Source: Vicugna vicugna (Eukaryota). From it: a DNA stretch of 64,000 nucleotides. The notes under the pieces are model-generated. The model was not told the DNA's origin. It did no database searches and was given only the letters and a program-made list of their open reading frames with translations. The stretch covers positions 9,630,184 through 9,694,183 of the forward strand of contig MU058844.1 of the NCBI GenBank assembly GCA_013265495.1, written 5' to 3'. The translations under genes and the position numbers were made by a program. Shown here one piece after another: positions 38,420-51,148 of the stretch. Position 1 is the stretch's first letter. Each line of letters opens with the position of its first letter.

Positions 38420-38613
38420 TTTTTTTTTTTATTGAAGTGTTGTTGACTTAGCAATGTACAATTTACCAAGTGTTAGTTTTTGGTGTAAAGCACAGTGATT
38501 TGGTTATACATTTATATATATATGTATTCTTTCTCCAATTCTTGTTCATTATAGGTTATTACAAGATATCGAATATCATTCCCTGTGCTGTACAGTAGGA
38601 CCTTGTTGTTTAT
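38420..38613 (-). mobile_element. Short L1 3'-end fragment
   Basis: Poly-T then attgaagt...ggttattacaagatat.gaatat..ttccctgtgctgtacagtaggaccttgttg, homologous to the 3' end of the L1 at 32665. Confidence 0.8.
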
Positions 38614-38659
38614 TTGTATTTTAAAAACATTATATAAAAGCATGTTATAAATATCTTAA

Positions 38660-40605
38660 ACTATTTTTATTTTAATCAACTTTATGAAGTATCATTTACA
38701 TGAAAAAATGTACTCATTGCATGTATACAATTTTTAAAGCATTTTAAGAAATGAATATACCTGTATAAATAACACTCCATTTGAGACATAGAACACATTC
38801 ATCACCCCCCAAAAGTCCTCTTTTGTCCACTGCACTCAAGTCCCCACATATACCCTACTCCAGGAAATCACTGATTTGATCTCCATCACTATAGTTTAGT
38901 TTGACCTGCTCTAGAACTTGATCTGAATGGATTCTAACAATATATACTCCCTTGTGTCTGTCTTTCACTCAGCATCGTGTTTTTGAGGATTTTCCCTATT
39001 CTTATGTGTATCAATAGTTCATATCTATTTTATTGCTATGTTGTAGTTCACTGTCAAAAAATACCACAATTTATTCATTCATGCTGATGAGTATTTGGAC
39101 TCTTTCCATTTTTTGGCCATTATGAATAAAACTGCTAAGTGTACTGTTAGTACAAGTCCTTTTCTGGAAATGAGTTTTACTTTCTCTTGGATAAATGACT
39201 AGGAGTGGAAATGCCTGGTAATATTGTTATAGAGTATTTTGTTTAACTTTATAAGAAACTACCAAACTGTTTTCCAAAGTGATTATATTATATGTCATAG
39301 CAGTTCCAGCTGCTCCCAGTCCATGCTGGGATGACTTGATAGTACCAGCCATTTTAGCTTTAATCATTCTGTTAGTATGGTTATTTCATTCTGATTTTAA
39401 TTTTCATTCCCTTGATGACTAATGATGCTGAGCACTTTTTCATATATTGGCCAAGTGTGTGTATTATTCTGTAAGTTTACATGTATTCTGAATACTAGCC
39501 TCAGGACTTGAATCTTGTCACATTTATTGTGCCATTTTCACCCATTCTCCCAGCCTGTGGCTTGATTTTCTTAATAGTGTCTTTTGAAGAGCAAGGTGTT
39601 ATAATTTTAATGAAGTAAAATATCATTTTTTCTTTTATATTTCATTTCTTTGTACTCTAAGAAATCTTTGCCTATCCCAAAGGCATGAGAATTTTCTTAC
39701 TTTTTTCTATAAGCTTTATAGTTTTAGCCTCTACATTTAGATCTGTGTTGCATTTGAAGTTAACTTTTGTATTTGTCTTATGGGCTAGACATGAAGGTTC
39801 ATGTTTTTCCAATATGACTCTCTTTTCTCCATTGAATTACTTTGTCACCTTTGTTGGAACGTAATTGACCAGCTATGTGAGAAATTATTTTTTGACTTTA
39901 TATTTTTTCTTTTAATGAAAAATAGTATAGGTATATAGTGTAAATCACCATTTAAAAATTGTTTTGGCTATTCTAGATCTTGTGCATCATTTCCATATAA
40001 ATTGTAAAACCAGTTTATCAATTTCTAGAAAACAAAGCCTTATGGGTAATCCATTGAGTCAGTAGATCAGTATGAGGAGAATTGACTTCTCTGCATTTCT
40101 GAGTTTTTGAGTTCATGGACATGAATTTTAAAAAGCTTGTCTTCTTGAATTCTTCTCATCAATATTGTTTTTAGTGTATATATCTTGTAGATACTTTAAG
40201 TTTACTCTAAGCACTTTATGTTTACAATGCTATTGTTAATGATATTTGTAATTACAATTTCCATTTCATTGATGGTATGTGGACATAAAATTGATTTATG
40301 TATCTTGATCTGATATCTTGTAACCTTTTAAAAGCTATTTATTATACCTAGCAGCTTTTTTGTAGATTCCTCAGGAATTTCCTCATATATAGTTATAGTT
40401 TGATAGAGACAATTTTGTCTCTTCATTTACAAACCTTATTCCTTTTTTCTTTCCTCACTGTAATGTCTAGGAACACAAGTACAAGGTTGAATAGGTGTGA
40501 AAGTGTTCATTTTTGCCTTTTTCTTGATCCTAGGATGAAGGCCTTTAGTGTTTTGCCATGGTGTTAGCTCTAGCTTTTTTGTGCTTACGCTTAATCAGGT
40601 TTAAG
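38660..40605 (-). mobile_element. Ancient L1M element (3'UTR and degenerate ORF2)
   Basis: Degenerate L1 text (aactttataagaaactaccaaactgttttccaaagtg; gatgactaatgatgctgagcac; ttccatataaatt). Confidence 0.8.
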
Positions 40606-42299
40606 AGGTATTTGCAGCACTTTGAATTTGTCATTCCAGTGTAGGTTGGCTTGCATTGTTCCTGAGTAGAAGCTGGCATGTTTTCTTATTTTGGAGCCCC
40701 TCAGTAGGTCTCTGTTTTCTTTATTGCCTTTTAAAAAATTTTATCTTTATCATTGGCTTTCAGTAACTTGATCATGATATGCATCTTCCATCTTTACTAA
40801 ATATGATTTCAGGCACATTTGTTAAGTTTCATTATATTTATCTGTAATATGGGACACTGCAGATCTTAGAGGATTTCATAAGGATTAATCAGGATGATGG
40901 GTATAAACATTGTAAAAAGTTTATAGTTTACTAAAATGACTCTCAATCTAATACTTTGAGCAAAGTTTAAACTAAATTTTGATCTTAGAAACAGTCTTGT
41001 TAACAAGGGCGAATAATGCTTTTCATTACCTTCTGTTCAGTTAATTTTCAAATGAATATATTGCAGACACTGATTTAGTGTTTCCATTTGAAACACCTGA
41101 AATGAAATTTTTCTTGATTTGTTTTCCAAGTCACATTTTGTGTGATTATGTACATGTTTGTTTGTTCATTTTAGTCCAAACATCCTTTCAGAACTCTCAG
41201 TAATTCATGAAAAAAAAAGTATCAGTGGTCTTACTAGCAGAAGTCAGTGTATCTGTCATAATGTTTTCTCCATCGTGTGCATGTGAAACAAACAAACATG
41301 AGTCTTAAAATGGGATGCATTATCTTACTGATAAACATTACACACTGTCCAGCCTGGGTAAAAAAAAAATTCATAGAATTCACTGTACTTCTCAACACTT
41401 CCAAATATGTGATATAATCTATTCCTCAGAATATCTTCATGAACTGATGAATACAGGAGTCCTGATTCCAAATGGAAACTCTACTCATATTTATGATGTC
41501 ATTTACCACGAAATACTACTTGTCCTAAGAAGGCAAGCTGTTTTGCCAAGATTATGCTTTATAAACTTTTCACACATTTTCACTTTTGGTGTCATTCAGT
41601 TGGGAATTTCAGGTCATAGACTTCATCAGTATTTCCACTGTGAGTTTTCTAAAAGCTGGCCTACAAAAATGGACTTACCATAATAATGTCATGGACATAC
41701 AGAGTACTTTGAACTTAAATTTCGTTTTTAAATCTAGCATTGGGTACCAGATGTGAAGAGCGAATCACCGTCTCCTTTACGAAGAGGGCAAGGTTTAATT
41801 AGCTTTTTCAAAAGACTTATTATACATTTCACCTATAAAGTGAATGAAGAAAATTATGCGTTTTAAAGCAGGATGAAAGTAGAGGTGATGCCCACAGCTG
41901 CTCTCGTCTCTGGCAAACTATTCTGAGAGGCTCCAGTTTCATTCGGTTCAGATGAAACACATGTTGCTCATTTATTGTACATGTGCTTCAACGTATTTTG
42001 ACAAATGTGATCTAAAAATGTTACAGATGTTCCTCATTATTTTAATTTGCACTTAGTAGCCAACTATAAAACTTGGCTATAAACTAGCTTTTTCACGATA
42101 TAATTAAGAGAAAATTTAGCTGTCGTTGATATGTTAGTTTCAATTCACTTTTAGTTAGTTTTGTGGTGTAGGTGGTGAACTGTACACATTGAACAGGTGC
42201 TGCTATAATTTGTTTCTGATAATGAAGACGTATTTTTAGCATGTTTCAAATAATTTCAGGTAAAAATAAAATTATTTTGATCCTGTCTTTTGGAGATTT

Positions 42300-42456
42300 G
42301 CTGTTCAGTGTATGGCCTGAGATCAAGCAGCAATATTATAACTTGAGTCTTTCTAGAAATGAAGAATCGTAAGTCTTACCTGGACCTACTGAAACCGAAT
42401 CTGCATTTTAGTACAATCCGCAGATGATTCGTATACACATAAGTTTGATAGGCACT
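42300..42456. mobile_element. MER5A-like hAT-Charlie MITE
   Basis: agaaatgaagaatc...gacctactgaaaccgaatctgcatttta...atgattcgtatacacataagtttga. Confidence 0.7.
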
Positions 42457-43497
42457 CTTTTAGGGGAGGCCTTACATTAAAACTATTTTATATGCACACA
42501 CATGCAAATACATATGGGTCAGACCTGAAACACTATGCTGTACCCTCTGTCTTGTATAGAATCATAGAAAATGGACTAGCTTGTGGATTGATCTGTTTAT
42601 TTTCTTATCATTTAATACATTTAAAAGTAAACTCCCTAATACTTTCCACAGGCTGTCATCAGTCTTTGTGAATATAAAACCCCACATTCATAAGTGCTGG
42701 CTTACCACATATTTTCAGTGACTGACACATGAAGCAAACTGAAGAACTTCTAACTCCAACTTGAATCTTTTTAGAGTTTTCAGTTTATTGTCTTCTATAA
42801 CTTTCTATAGAGTAAACTTGTTGGTTGAAACATTAATAGCTTTTATTTATTTACATGCCTTTGCCGTTAAAAAAAAAACAGAAAGCAGAATTGCTTGTAA
42901 GACTAAAGGATTTAATTCCTTGGATAATACTCGATTTTAAAATTACTATCTGTGGATACCTTGGGAAATCATTATATCTTATTTATATTCATTATTACAC
43001 TATACTTTATACTTTATTACATTATGATATTGTCAATTATATCTTAATATGTGATACAAAATCAAATTTGTTTATAAGGACCTCTGAAATCTAGTTGCAA
43101 AGTAACTCAGTTTCTTAAAATTCACTTTTATCGGCCATCATTTTCTCTATATTCCAGCAGAAATAAGCATCATATAATTCTTATCATGAAAGAAATAATG
43201 CTATTTTATTTTTATGACCCTTAACTGAAATCAATGACAAAATAATTTCATATAGTTCAAAACTTACTTAGTATAGTGTCACTATACAACAAAAAGGAGG
43301 GTGAAATAGCTTCTTTAAAAAAAAATCTCTAATTTGCTACAATCTGGTTAATCTCTTTGTTTTCAGTTCCACCAAATATACTCTTCAGTAATCAACCTTG
43401 GGAAGTGAAATAAGGACCATTTGATGTAATCTATCCAGAAGTCACTTGGCACCACAGCAGCACATCATTGGTTTACAAGCTTCCAACACATTACATT

Positions 43498-43503
43498 TTT
43501 ATT
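43498..43503 (-). terminator. Candidate PTPRQ polyadenylation signal AATAAA
   Basis: tttatt on + strand about 850 nt after the stop; alternatives at 43205-43210 and 43013-43018. Confidence 0.4.
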
Positions 43504-44345
43504 ACTGCTTTTATACATTTCTGCTGAAGAAACCCTTCAAAACTGTTATTAGGTTGAATATATATCTAATGGACAAATACTGATACATTCAACTGTGCAT
43601 TGAAATGTACAATATAGTGGTAGAGCTTGTCCCTGAAAATGTACAAAGGTAGACAGGCTGGAAAAGTATTCTGCAACTTCATATGACCAGTTGCACTGTT
43701 TAATTTTTCCTTTTGTTTTTTCAAATGAAAGATCACAATGCAATTTAAATAGCCCTAAGTGTCCCCGAAGAGCTACTGTGTGTTGCATAAAGGCTAAGTA
43801 ATTCCGCAGGGTCAGGGGGTTACTGTTCAGCTGTTCGAGATCGGGAGATGGTATCTCAGCACTCATAAAACAGAGGATTCAAAACACAGGGGCATACATC
43901 GAAGTGCGGGTCACGATGACAGTCCTGGAAGTTATCCGCAAGAAACGTCAACACTCCGGAGGCCAGAATAACACGACTGAATCAACATTTACAACTTTTG
44001 TTCAAGACTGAATCCAATATGTAGGGAAAATTGACATTGAACCATTAATGCAAATATAATAATTGTTTTATATTTGGCTCATTCCGAAAATACAGAAGGC
44101 TTCAAAAATCTCTGGGGTATCTTTTCTTAAACACTTTAAGTATATAACATTCTGTACAAAACAGCTATCCTGAATTAGCTCCTTCCTAGAACTATTCATA
44201 ACATGTCAGCCCGTTTAGTAAGGCACAGTAAGAGAAGTGTGGAGATTTATTTCAGGTTGCACATTTCAATTCAGAAGACTGAGGGGGTAACTTTGGCCCC
44301 TGGGACTTGGAAGTATCTTCCAGTTGTACTCTTTGGTCTGAATAT

Positions 44346-44383
44346 TTACATGGTGGTTTCTTCCCATTCAAGCTCAACATCAC
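44346..44383 (-). CDS. PTPRQ: PTPRQ last coding exon (about exon 45)
   Basis: Acceptor gttatag, then (G)DVELEWEETTM-TAA; 38 coding nt; matches the PTPRQ C-terminus as I recall it. Confidence 0.94.
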
Positions 44384-44625
44384 CTATAACATAAAGTAAC
44401 ATGTCACAAGACAATGTTAACAGTTCAAAAGATTTAAATGTTTCATGGCAATAATGTACTACAGATGGAAAGGATATTATCCTATCTTGGATTAGAGAGA
44501 AATGAAAAAATTGGTACGTGCACCAACCAAGCTTCTAAAACATTTTCAACGTATGGTTATTACTAAATTAATGCTTCTGCTATAGGTGGTAAACTAGTAA
44601 ATCGATACACTTTGCCTCTGTTTAC

Positions 44626-44749
44626 CTTCCATGGCGTCCAAAGAGTCCATCTTCTGAAGTGCTGAGTAGTTAACAAAGCAGATGGGCTGATTACTTCCTT
44701 TACTTGATAAGAGATCCAGAATGCACTGATGTAGAAAGATATACTGCGC
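44626..44749 (-). CDS. PTPRQ: PTPRQ penultimate coding exon (about exon 44)
   Basis: Acceptor gtctag, then [41 protein letters not shown]+G, then gtaaac; 124 nt. Confidence 0.96.
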
Positions 44750-45495
44750 CTAGACACCAGAGAAAGAGTGGCTGAGTAAATGGATGGGGTGGAGAGTGTT
44801 CTTATAAGGGGAACTATACTGTTACAGTGAAAAACAATACTGAATTCAACAAATGTGAAATAGCTAAGTTAGAGGCACAGAATTTACCATGTATAGAAAT
44901 GATGATTTTCTGTCATTTCAAACATAAGGTTTGCTAAAGTCCCGTGGCTTTTTGTAGCGTCCAGTTAAAAAAAAAAAAACTTGTCATTAAGTACCAAGTG
45001 TTCATATGTTCTTTCTTGCTGTGATTATAAAAAGTGGCAGATGACTTAAATATGTTTGCGTTTCCTTTTTCCTGTTGGCATAATTGGGTAATTTTTCTTC
45101 TACTTTTCTTGTTAGAATGACTGTTGGAAGATGTTAAATTTACTTTCAAAAGCTCTGAGTGAGCATATCTACACACTATGGACACATTTAAAATATGTTT
45201 AACAATTTTATTAATTACTCAACAGTTCGCCTATTTAATGTCAAGGATGTGGTCTCTGTAAATACAAGGCAGTTGACCATTGAAATATCCAAGAACTTGT
45301 ATTATTTCATCTAAAGTTTGGGTTAAATTCAGCACCCTCTGGGTTCTTTAAGTTTATTCGATATAATTTAATAATCTGTTAGCATTTCTGGGTTTGGACT
45401 TTCCCAAAGGTAGTTAAGGTTACAGTCAGAAAAGCACCCTCATTTTTACATAAGAAAGGTACTTGAAGTTAAAGGAATATAGCCAAATGTTATAT

Positions 45496-45502
<7 letters not shown>

Positions 45503-45526
<24 letters not shown>
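45503..45526. repeat. (CA)12 microsatellite
   Basis: Direct reading; preceded by a short (CT)n. Confidence 0.9.
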
Positions 45527-47666
45527 ACTGATTTAAACAGAATGTCCTCTAAAGTGACCATGTTAAGGGATTGTATTCATATCTATTTCTACTGTACCTC
45601 AAAAACTTTTTGGAACTTCTCTATTGAAACTCTTCAGAAATTGTTGGTTATTATTAGGAATACCTATTTCTTTGTGGCTTACAAAATGTTTCCACAAACA
45701 TTTCATCACTGGAAGTCAGTTCTATGAGGACAGAACTCTGTCATATTCACTGCTATATTCCCTTTGCCTGTAATCGTGCCTGGAATGGAGCAGTTGCGTA
45801 ATAAATGTTTGTCGACTTAGTCTCATTTCTCACAGCTAGCCTAGCCGACGTTTACCATTTAAGGACAGGCTTGTCTTGGAGAACAACCAGAAGTCATTAG
45901 GGATCAAGTCTGTGAGCGAGGTGGATGATCAAGTTACACCATTCAATTTGGTAAGAAGTGAAATGTTATAAGGTAATAACAGTTCTATTGAAATTGCTAT
46001 TAAATATACTCGTTTGGAGTAATTAAGATATACATCACACAATGAATAACATTATTGGCAGAAATACATTAACACAATATAATTTGTTTGAAAACAACAG
46101 CCGTTTAAGTTTGTGAGTTTTAGTATTTAAAAAAAAAAACCCAAAACAAAACCAAAACAACCACATTTGATATGTGAAACTTCTGACCCGATCTCATCTT
46201 CTCCACTGGAAAGAATGATGGAGGGGGGTCACTCTGCCAGCAGGGCAGGCTGAGCTCCGTGGGGCAGCACTGTATTTTCCAAGATCCTTCTGCGTGCTGT
46301 GTTACTGCCAGAGAGGCAGTGAAGCATTCCGTTCCAGTCTCGACCCTGGCTAGTCAATGTTACCTTAAGAATTAAACTTTTCTAATGTTCTGTTTCCTCA
46401 ACTAGGGGGTTCAGAGAAGCTGGAGTGTGAGATTTCAAGGATGAAACTGATGAGATTTAAAGGACGAAAGGAATAAAGTGGCTGGCAGGAAAGCTAGGCA
46501 ACAAAAAATACATTATTTTTTTCCCTTCTACCTTAGGAGTTCACATCAGTAAAATATTCAGGAGAACCAGAGCAGGAAAGGGATTCATCCAGATGAACCC
46601 TTACATGTGGCACCAATCGTGTCTCTGGATATTATCTCACTGCAGAGTATTCCCAGAAAATTTTTTCACGTCTCTTGGGGTGGCCGTGAACCGTGTTTTG
46701 GTAGACACTGAAAGAACGCTAAGATCTCTCCCGCGTCTGGGCGGCACCGCTCTGGTGTCTGCTAGTGGGGCTGTGTTGCTGGGGTTCGCACCCACACCCC
46801 TGCCCATGGCTACTGTAGTATGGGCTGAGACAGCATTCTTCACAGGACTTGGAATCATTCCCAAGTGCAACAGAAGGAAACAAGAAACCACTCTTGTGCA
46901 TAAGGACTGGAGTCAAGGTGTGGTCCTTTTTTTTTTTTGCATCACGAAGACAGTAAAGAGCTTCGCTTCTGGGAACTAATCAGGTGAAAGAGAGCTTTGC
47001 AGTAGCACCACTTCTTCCCCAAGGAGGGACTCCAGCAGGCTCATGTCAGACATTTGTGGTATGTTGGGCACTTACTCCATGCTTAGTGCTTTAGATACTT
47101 TCTCTTACTTACTACTGACAATAAACTCATGAAAAGTACAACACAGCTACTTTACAAAGGAGAAATAGCTCAGAGAGGTTCATTAAGCAGAGCCACAAAG
47201 CCAGCAGTTAGCAGGGCTGGCATCTGAACTCAATTCTCAGACTCCAAAACTCATGCTTTTTCTATTCCCCTACCCAACCTGCCACATTCTCCTCTGGCCA
47301 GTTAAGCCAGCATAACGTATGAAGTTTATAGCATATGTTGAATGCTAAATTGTGTGAAATTATTCACAGGCACTCTTGACAAATTTGGGACAAAGCTGTA
47401 GAACATGACAAAATTTTTTCAGCTTTTATTTGAAGACTGACTCCAGACTTTAGAAGGAAATCATTCCTAGCCCCATCCGAGAGCCAACCAGTCTCAACCA
47501 ATGTCAAGAGCATTGATCACCAATGCACGTGTGTACACCCGGGGACGTGGGAGGAAAAAAATGTTAGCTGTTTATCCTTATTGTTAACTAAAACTAAGAA
47601 AGAATTTGAATTTTAATAATGGTTAATTGTTGTATTGATATGGATGCCCTTATAAGACCCCTGGAT

Positions 47667-47822
47667 AAGAACCAGCTACATAATTTGCAGGGCCCACTAC
47701 AAAATAAAAATGCGAGTTCCCTTCCTCAAAAATGATTAAAGATTTTCAAGTCAGTGACAGCAAACATTAAATCAAGTGTGGGGACCTGTGAGGCTGTACA
47801 AGTTTCATACCCCAGAGCCAAC
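47667..47822. mobile_element. MER45-like hAT-Tip100 MITE
   Basis: ccagctacataatttgcagggcccactacaaaataaaaatgcg...cattaaatcaagtgtgggg. Confidence 0.65.
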
Positions 47823-48028
47823 GATGGCCACAAGTCCTACAGAATCTCTGAAGTTTCCTGCTTCACTCGTGTGTTCCTTTTCAGCATATATGCAGATGCA
47901 CATGGATTACATTGCCTGGCTTCACCTAACTGCTGCGTAGCTGAAGTTCCTCAAAAAGATTCCTACAAAGAGACTAGATTGAAGGTATTTCTCATGCAAG
48001 CACAAATGAATGACAAGAAAATGGCAGA

Positions 48029-48440
48029 GCTAAGTGAAGTAAGCCAGAAAGAGAAGGAAAAATACCATATGAGATCGCTCATATGTGGAATCTAAAAAAC
48101 AAAAACAAAAACAAAAAAACAAAGCATAAATACAAAACAGAAATAGACTCATAGACATAGAATACAAACTTGTGGTTGCCAGTGGGGCGGAGGGTGGGAA
48201 GGGATAGACAGGATTTCAAAATTGTAGAATAGATAAACAAGATTATACTGTAAAGCATAGGGAAATATACACAAGATTTTATGGTAGCTCACAGAGAAAA
48301 AAATGTGACAATGAATATATATATATGTGTATATATATATATATATATGTTCATGTATAACTGAAAAATTGTGCTCTACACTGGAATTTGACACATTGGA
48401 AAATGATTATAAATCAATAAAAAATGTTAAAAAAAAAAAA
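48029..48440 (+). mobile_element. L1 3' end (younger subfamily) with poly-A tail
   Basis: ctaagtgaagtaagccagaaagagaaggaaaaataccatatgagatcgctcatatgtggaatctaa (ORF2 end LSEVSQKEKEKYHMRSLICGI), then AATAAA and poly-A. Confidence 0.9.
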
Positions 48441-48665
48441 GAAAGATAACAGCAGGGCTGCCCTTTTTCATACTCCTAGAATAATCCCATTTTATAGGCC
48501 TACTGTGAGGTCAAAACAGCAGCAATGTAATCAGATCTGACAAAAGGCTAGATCACTTTTTAAAAAATTATAAATAATTTAAAAGATGTAACAGTTATTT
48601 TCTGTTAAGTATATATTTTCTCTTTTGAAAACAATGCTAGTATGAAGCCATCACAATTAGCAAAG

Positions 48666-51148
48666 TTTTTTTTTTTTTAATTGAAGTACAGTCAGTTACA
48701 ATGTGTCCATTTCTGGTGTTCAGCACAATGTCCCAGTCATGCATATAGATACATATATTCATTTTCATATTCTTTTTCATTTAAGGTTATTACAAGATAT
48801 TGAATATAGTTCCTTGTGCTATACAGAAGAAATTTGCTTTTTAAAATCTTTTTATATATAGTGGCTAGCATTTGCAAGTCTCAAACTCCCAAACTTATCC
48901 TTTCCCACCCCCTTTTCCCTGGTAACCATAAGATTGTTTACTATGTCTGCGAGTCTGTCTGTTTTCTAGATGAGTTCATTAGTGTCCTCTTTTTTTCTTT
49001 TAGATTCCACATACGAGTGATATCATATGGTATTTTTGTTTATGGCTTACTTAGAATGATGATCTCTAGGTCCACCCATGTTGCTGCACATGGCATTATT
49101 TTATTCTTTTTTAAGGCTGAGTAGTATTCCATTGTATAACTATACCACAGCTTCTTTATCCAATCATCTGCTGATGGACATTTAGGTTGTTTCCATGTCG
49201 TGGCTATTGTATATAGTGCTCTGTGAACATTGGGGTGCATTTATCTTTTTGAATTAGAGTTCCCTCCAGATATATGCCCAGGAGTGGGATTGCTGGATCA
49301 TATGATAAGCCTATTTTTAGTTTTTAAGGAACCTCCATACTCTTTTTCTAGAATGGCTGCACCAAACTACATTCCCACCAGCAGTGCAGGAGGGTTCCCT
49401 TTTCTCCACACCCTCTCCAGCATTTATCATTTGTGGACTTTTTAAATGATGGCCATTCTGACTGGTGTGAGATGATCCCTCATTGTAATTTTGATCTGCA
49501 TTTCTCTGATAATTAGTGATATTGAGCATTTTTTCTTTTGCCTATTGGCTATTTGTATGTCTTCATTGGAAAATTGCTTGTTTAGGTCTTTTGCCCATTT
49601 TTGGACTGGGTGTTTTTATTAAGTTGTATGAGCTGTTTATATATTATGGAAATTAAACCTTTGTCAGTCAAATAATTTGCAAATATTTTCTCCCATTCTG
49701 TAGGATGTCGTTTTTTTATGTTGTTTTGCTTATGGTTTCCTTCGCTGTGCAAAAGCTTGTAAGTTTGATTAGATCCCATTTGTTTATTTTTACTTTTATT
49801 TCTATTGCCTGGATAGACTGCCCTAGGAGAACATTGCTAAGATTTATGTCAGAATGTTTTGCCTATGTTTTCTTCTAGGAGGTTTAGCATGTCTTGTCTT
49901 TTAACTCTTTAAGCTATTTTGAGTTTATTTTTATGTATGGTGTGAAGGATTATTCTAACTTCATTGATATACATGCTACTATTAGTTTTCTCAGCACCAC
50001 TTGCTGAAGAGACTGTCTTTACTCCATTGTATATTCTTGCCTCCTTTGTCGAAGATTAACTGACCATAGGTCTGTGGATTATTTCTGGGCTCTCTGTTCT
50101 GTTCCATTGATCTGGATGTCTGTTTTTATGCCAATACCACGCTGTTTAATTACTGTAGCTCTGTAGTATCGTCTGAAGTCTGGGAGGGTTATTCCTCCAG
50201 CTTCATTCTTTTTCTTCAGTATTGCTTTGGCAATTCTAGGTCTTCTGTGATTCCATATAAATTTTAGGATTATTTGCTCTAATTCTGTGAAAAATACCAT
50301 GAGTAATTTGTTAGGGATCACATTAAGTCTGTAGATTGCCTTGGGCACTATGGCCATTTTAACGATATTGATTCTTCCAATCCAAGAACATTTCTTTAAG
50401 TTATCTTTAATTTTCTTAATGTTTTGTAATTCTCCATGTATAAGTCTTTCACTTCCTTGGTCAGATTTATTCCCAAGTATCTTATTGTTTTAGATGTGAT
50501 TTTAAAAGGGATTGTTTCTTTACTTTCTTTTCCTGCTATTTCATTGTTAGTGTAAAGAAATGCAACCGATTTCTGTGTGTTAATCTTGTATCCTGCTACT
50601 TTGCTGAATTCTTCTATCAGCTCTAGTAATTTTTGTGTGGAGCTTTTAGGGTTTTCTATGTATAGTATCATGTCACCTGCATATAGTGACAGTTTGACCT
50701 CTTCTCTTCCAGTTTGGATCCCTTTTATTTCTTTGTCTTGCCTGATTGCTGTGGCTAGGACTTCCAAGACTATGTTGAATAGAAGTGATGAGAGTGGGTT
50801 CCAGATTATAATGGGAAGGCTTTGAGTTTTTCACTGTTGAGTATTATGCTGGTTGTGGGTTTATCATAAATAGCTTTTATTACGTTGAGATATGTTCCCT
50901 CTATATACTTTGGTAAGAGTTTTATCCTAAATGGGTGTTGAATTTTATCAAATGCTTTTCCTGCATCTATTGAGATGATCATGTGATTTTTGTCCTTTCT
51001 CTTGTTAATGTGGTGTATGACGTTGATTAATTTGCGTATGTTGAACCATCCTTGTGTCCCTGAGATGAACCCAACTTGATCATGGTGTATTTTTTTTTTT
51101 TAATGCTGTTAGATTCTATTTGCCAATATTTTGTTGAGGATTTTTGCA
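48666..51148 (-). mobile_element. 5'-truncated L1 (RT and C-terminal ORF2 plus 3'UTR) in a PTPRQ intron
   Basis: ORF2 peptides [46 protein letters not shown]...[26 protein letters not shown]; poly-T at 48666; many disablements. Confidence 0.95.

Noticed and set aside
43549..43866. 105-aa minus-strand ORF downstream of the PTPRQ stop
   Set aside because: It lies in the presumptive 3'UTR, resembles no protein I recognise, and has no supporting splice structure.
46593..46979. Overlapping GC-rich ORFs (128, 84 and 65 aa) in a PTPRQ intron
   Set aside because: No recognisable domain; the flanking PTPRQ exons join in frame without it. Probably a local GC-rich patch or decayed repeat.
50396..50767. 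Reverse-transcriptase-like ORF as an active or domesticated gene
   Set aside because: It is a fragment of a 5'-truncated, frameshifted L1 ORF2, and the catalytic YADD is mutated to YAGD.
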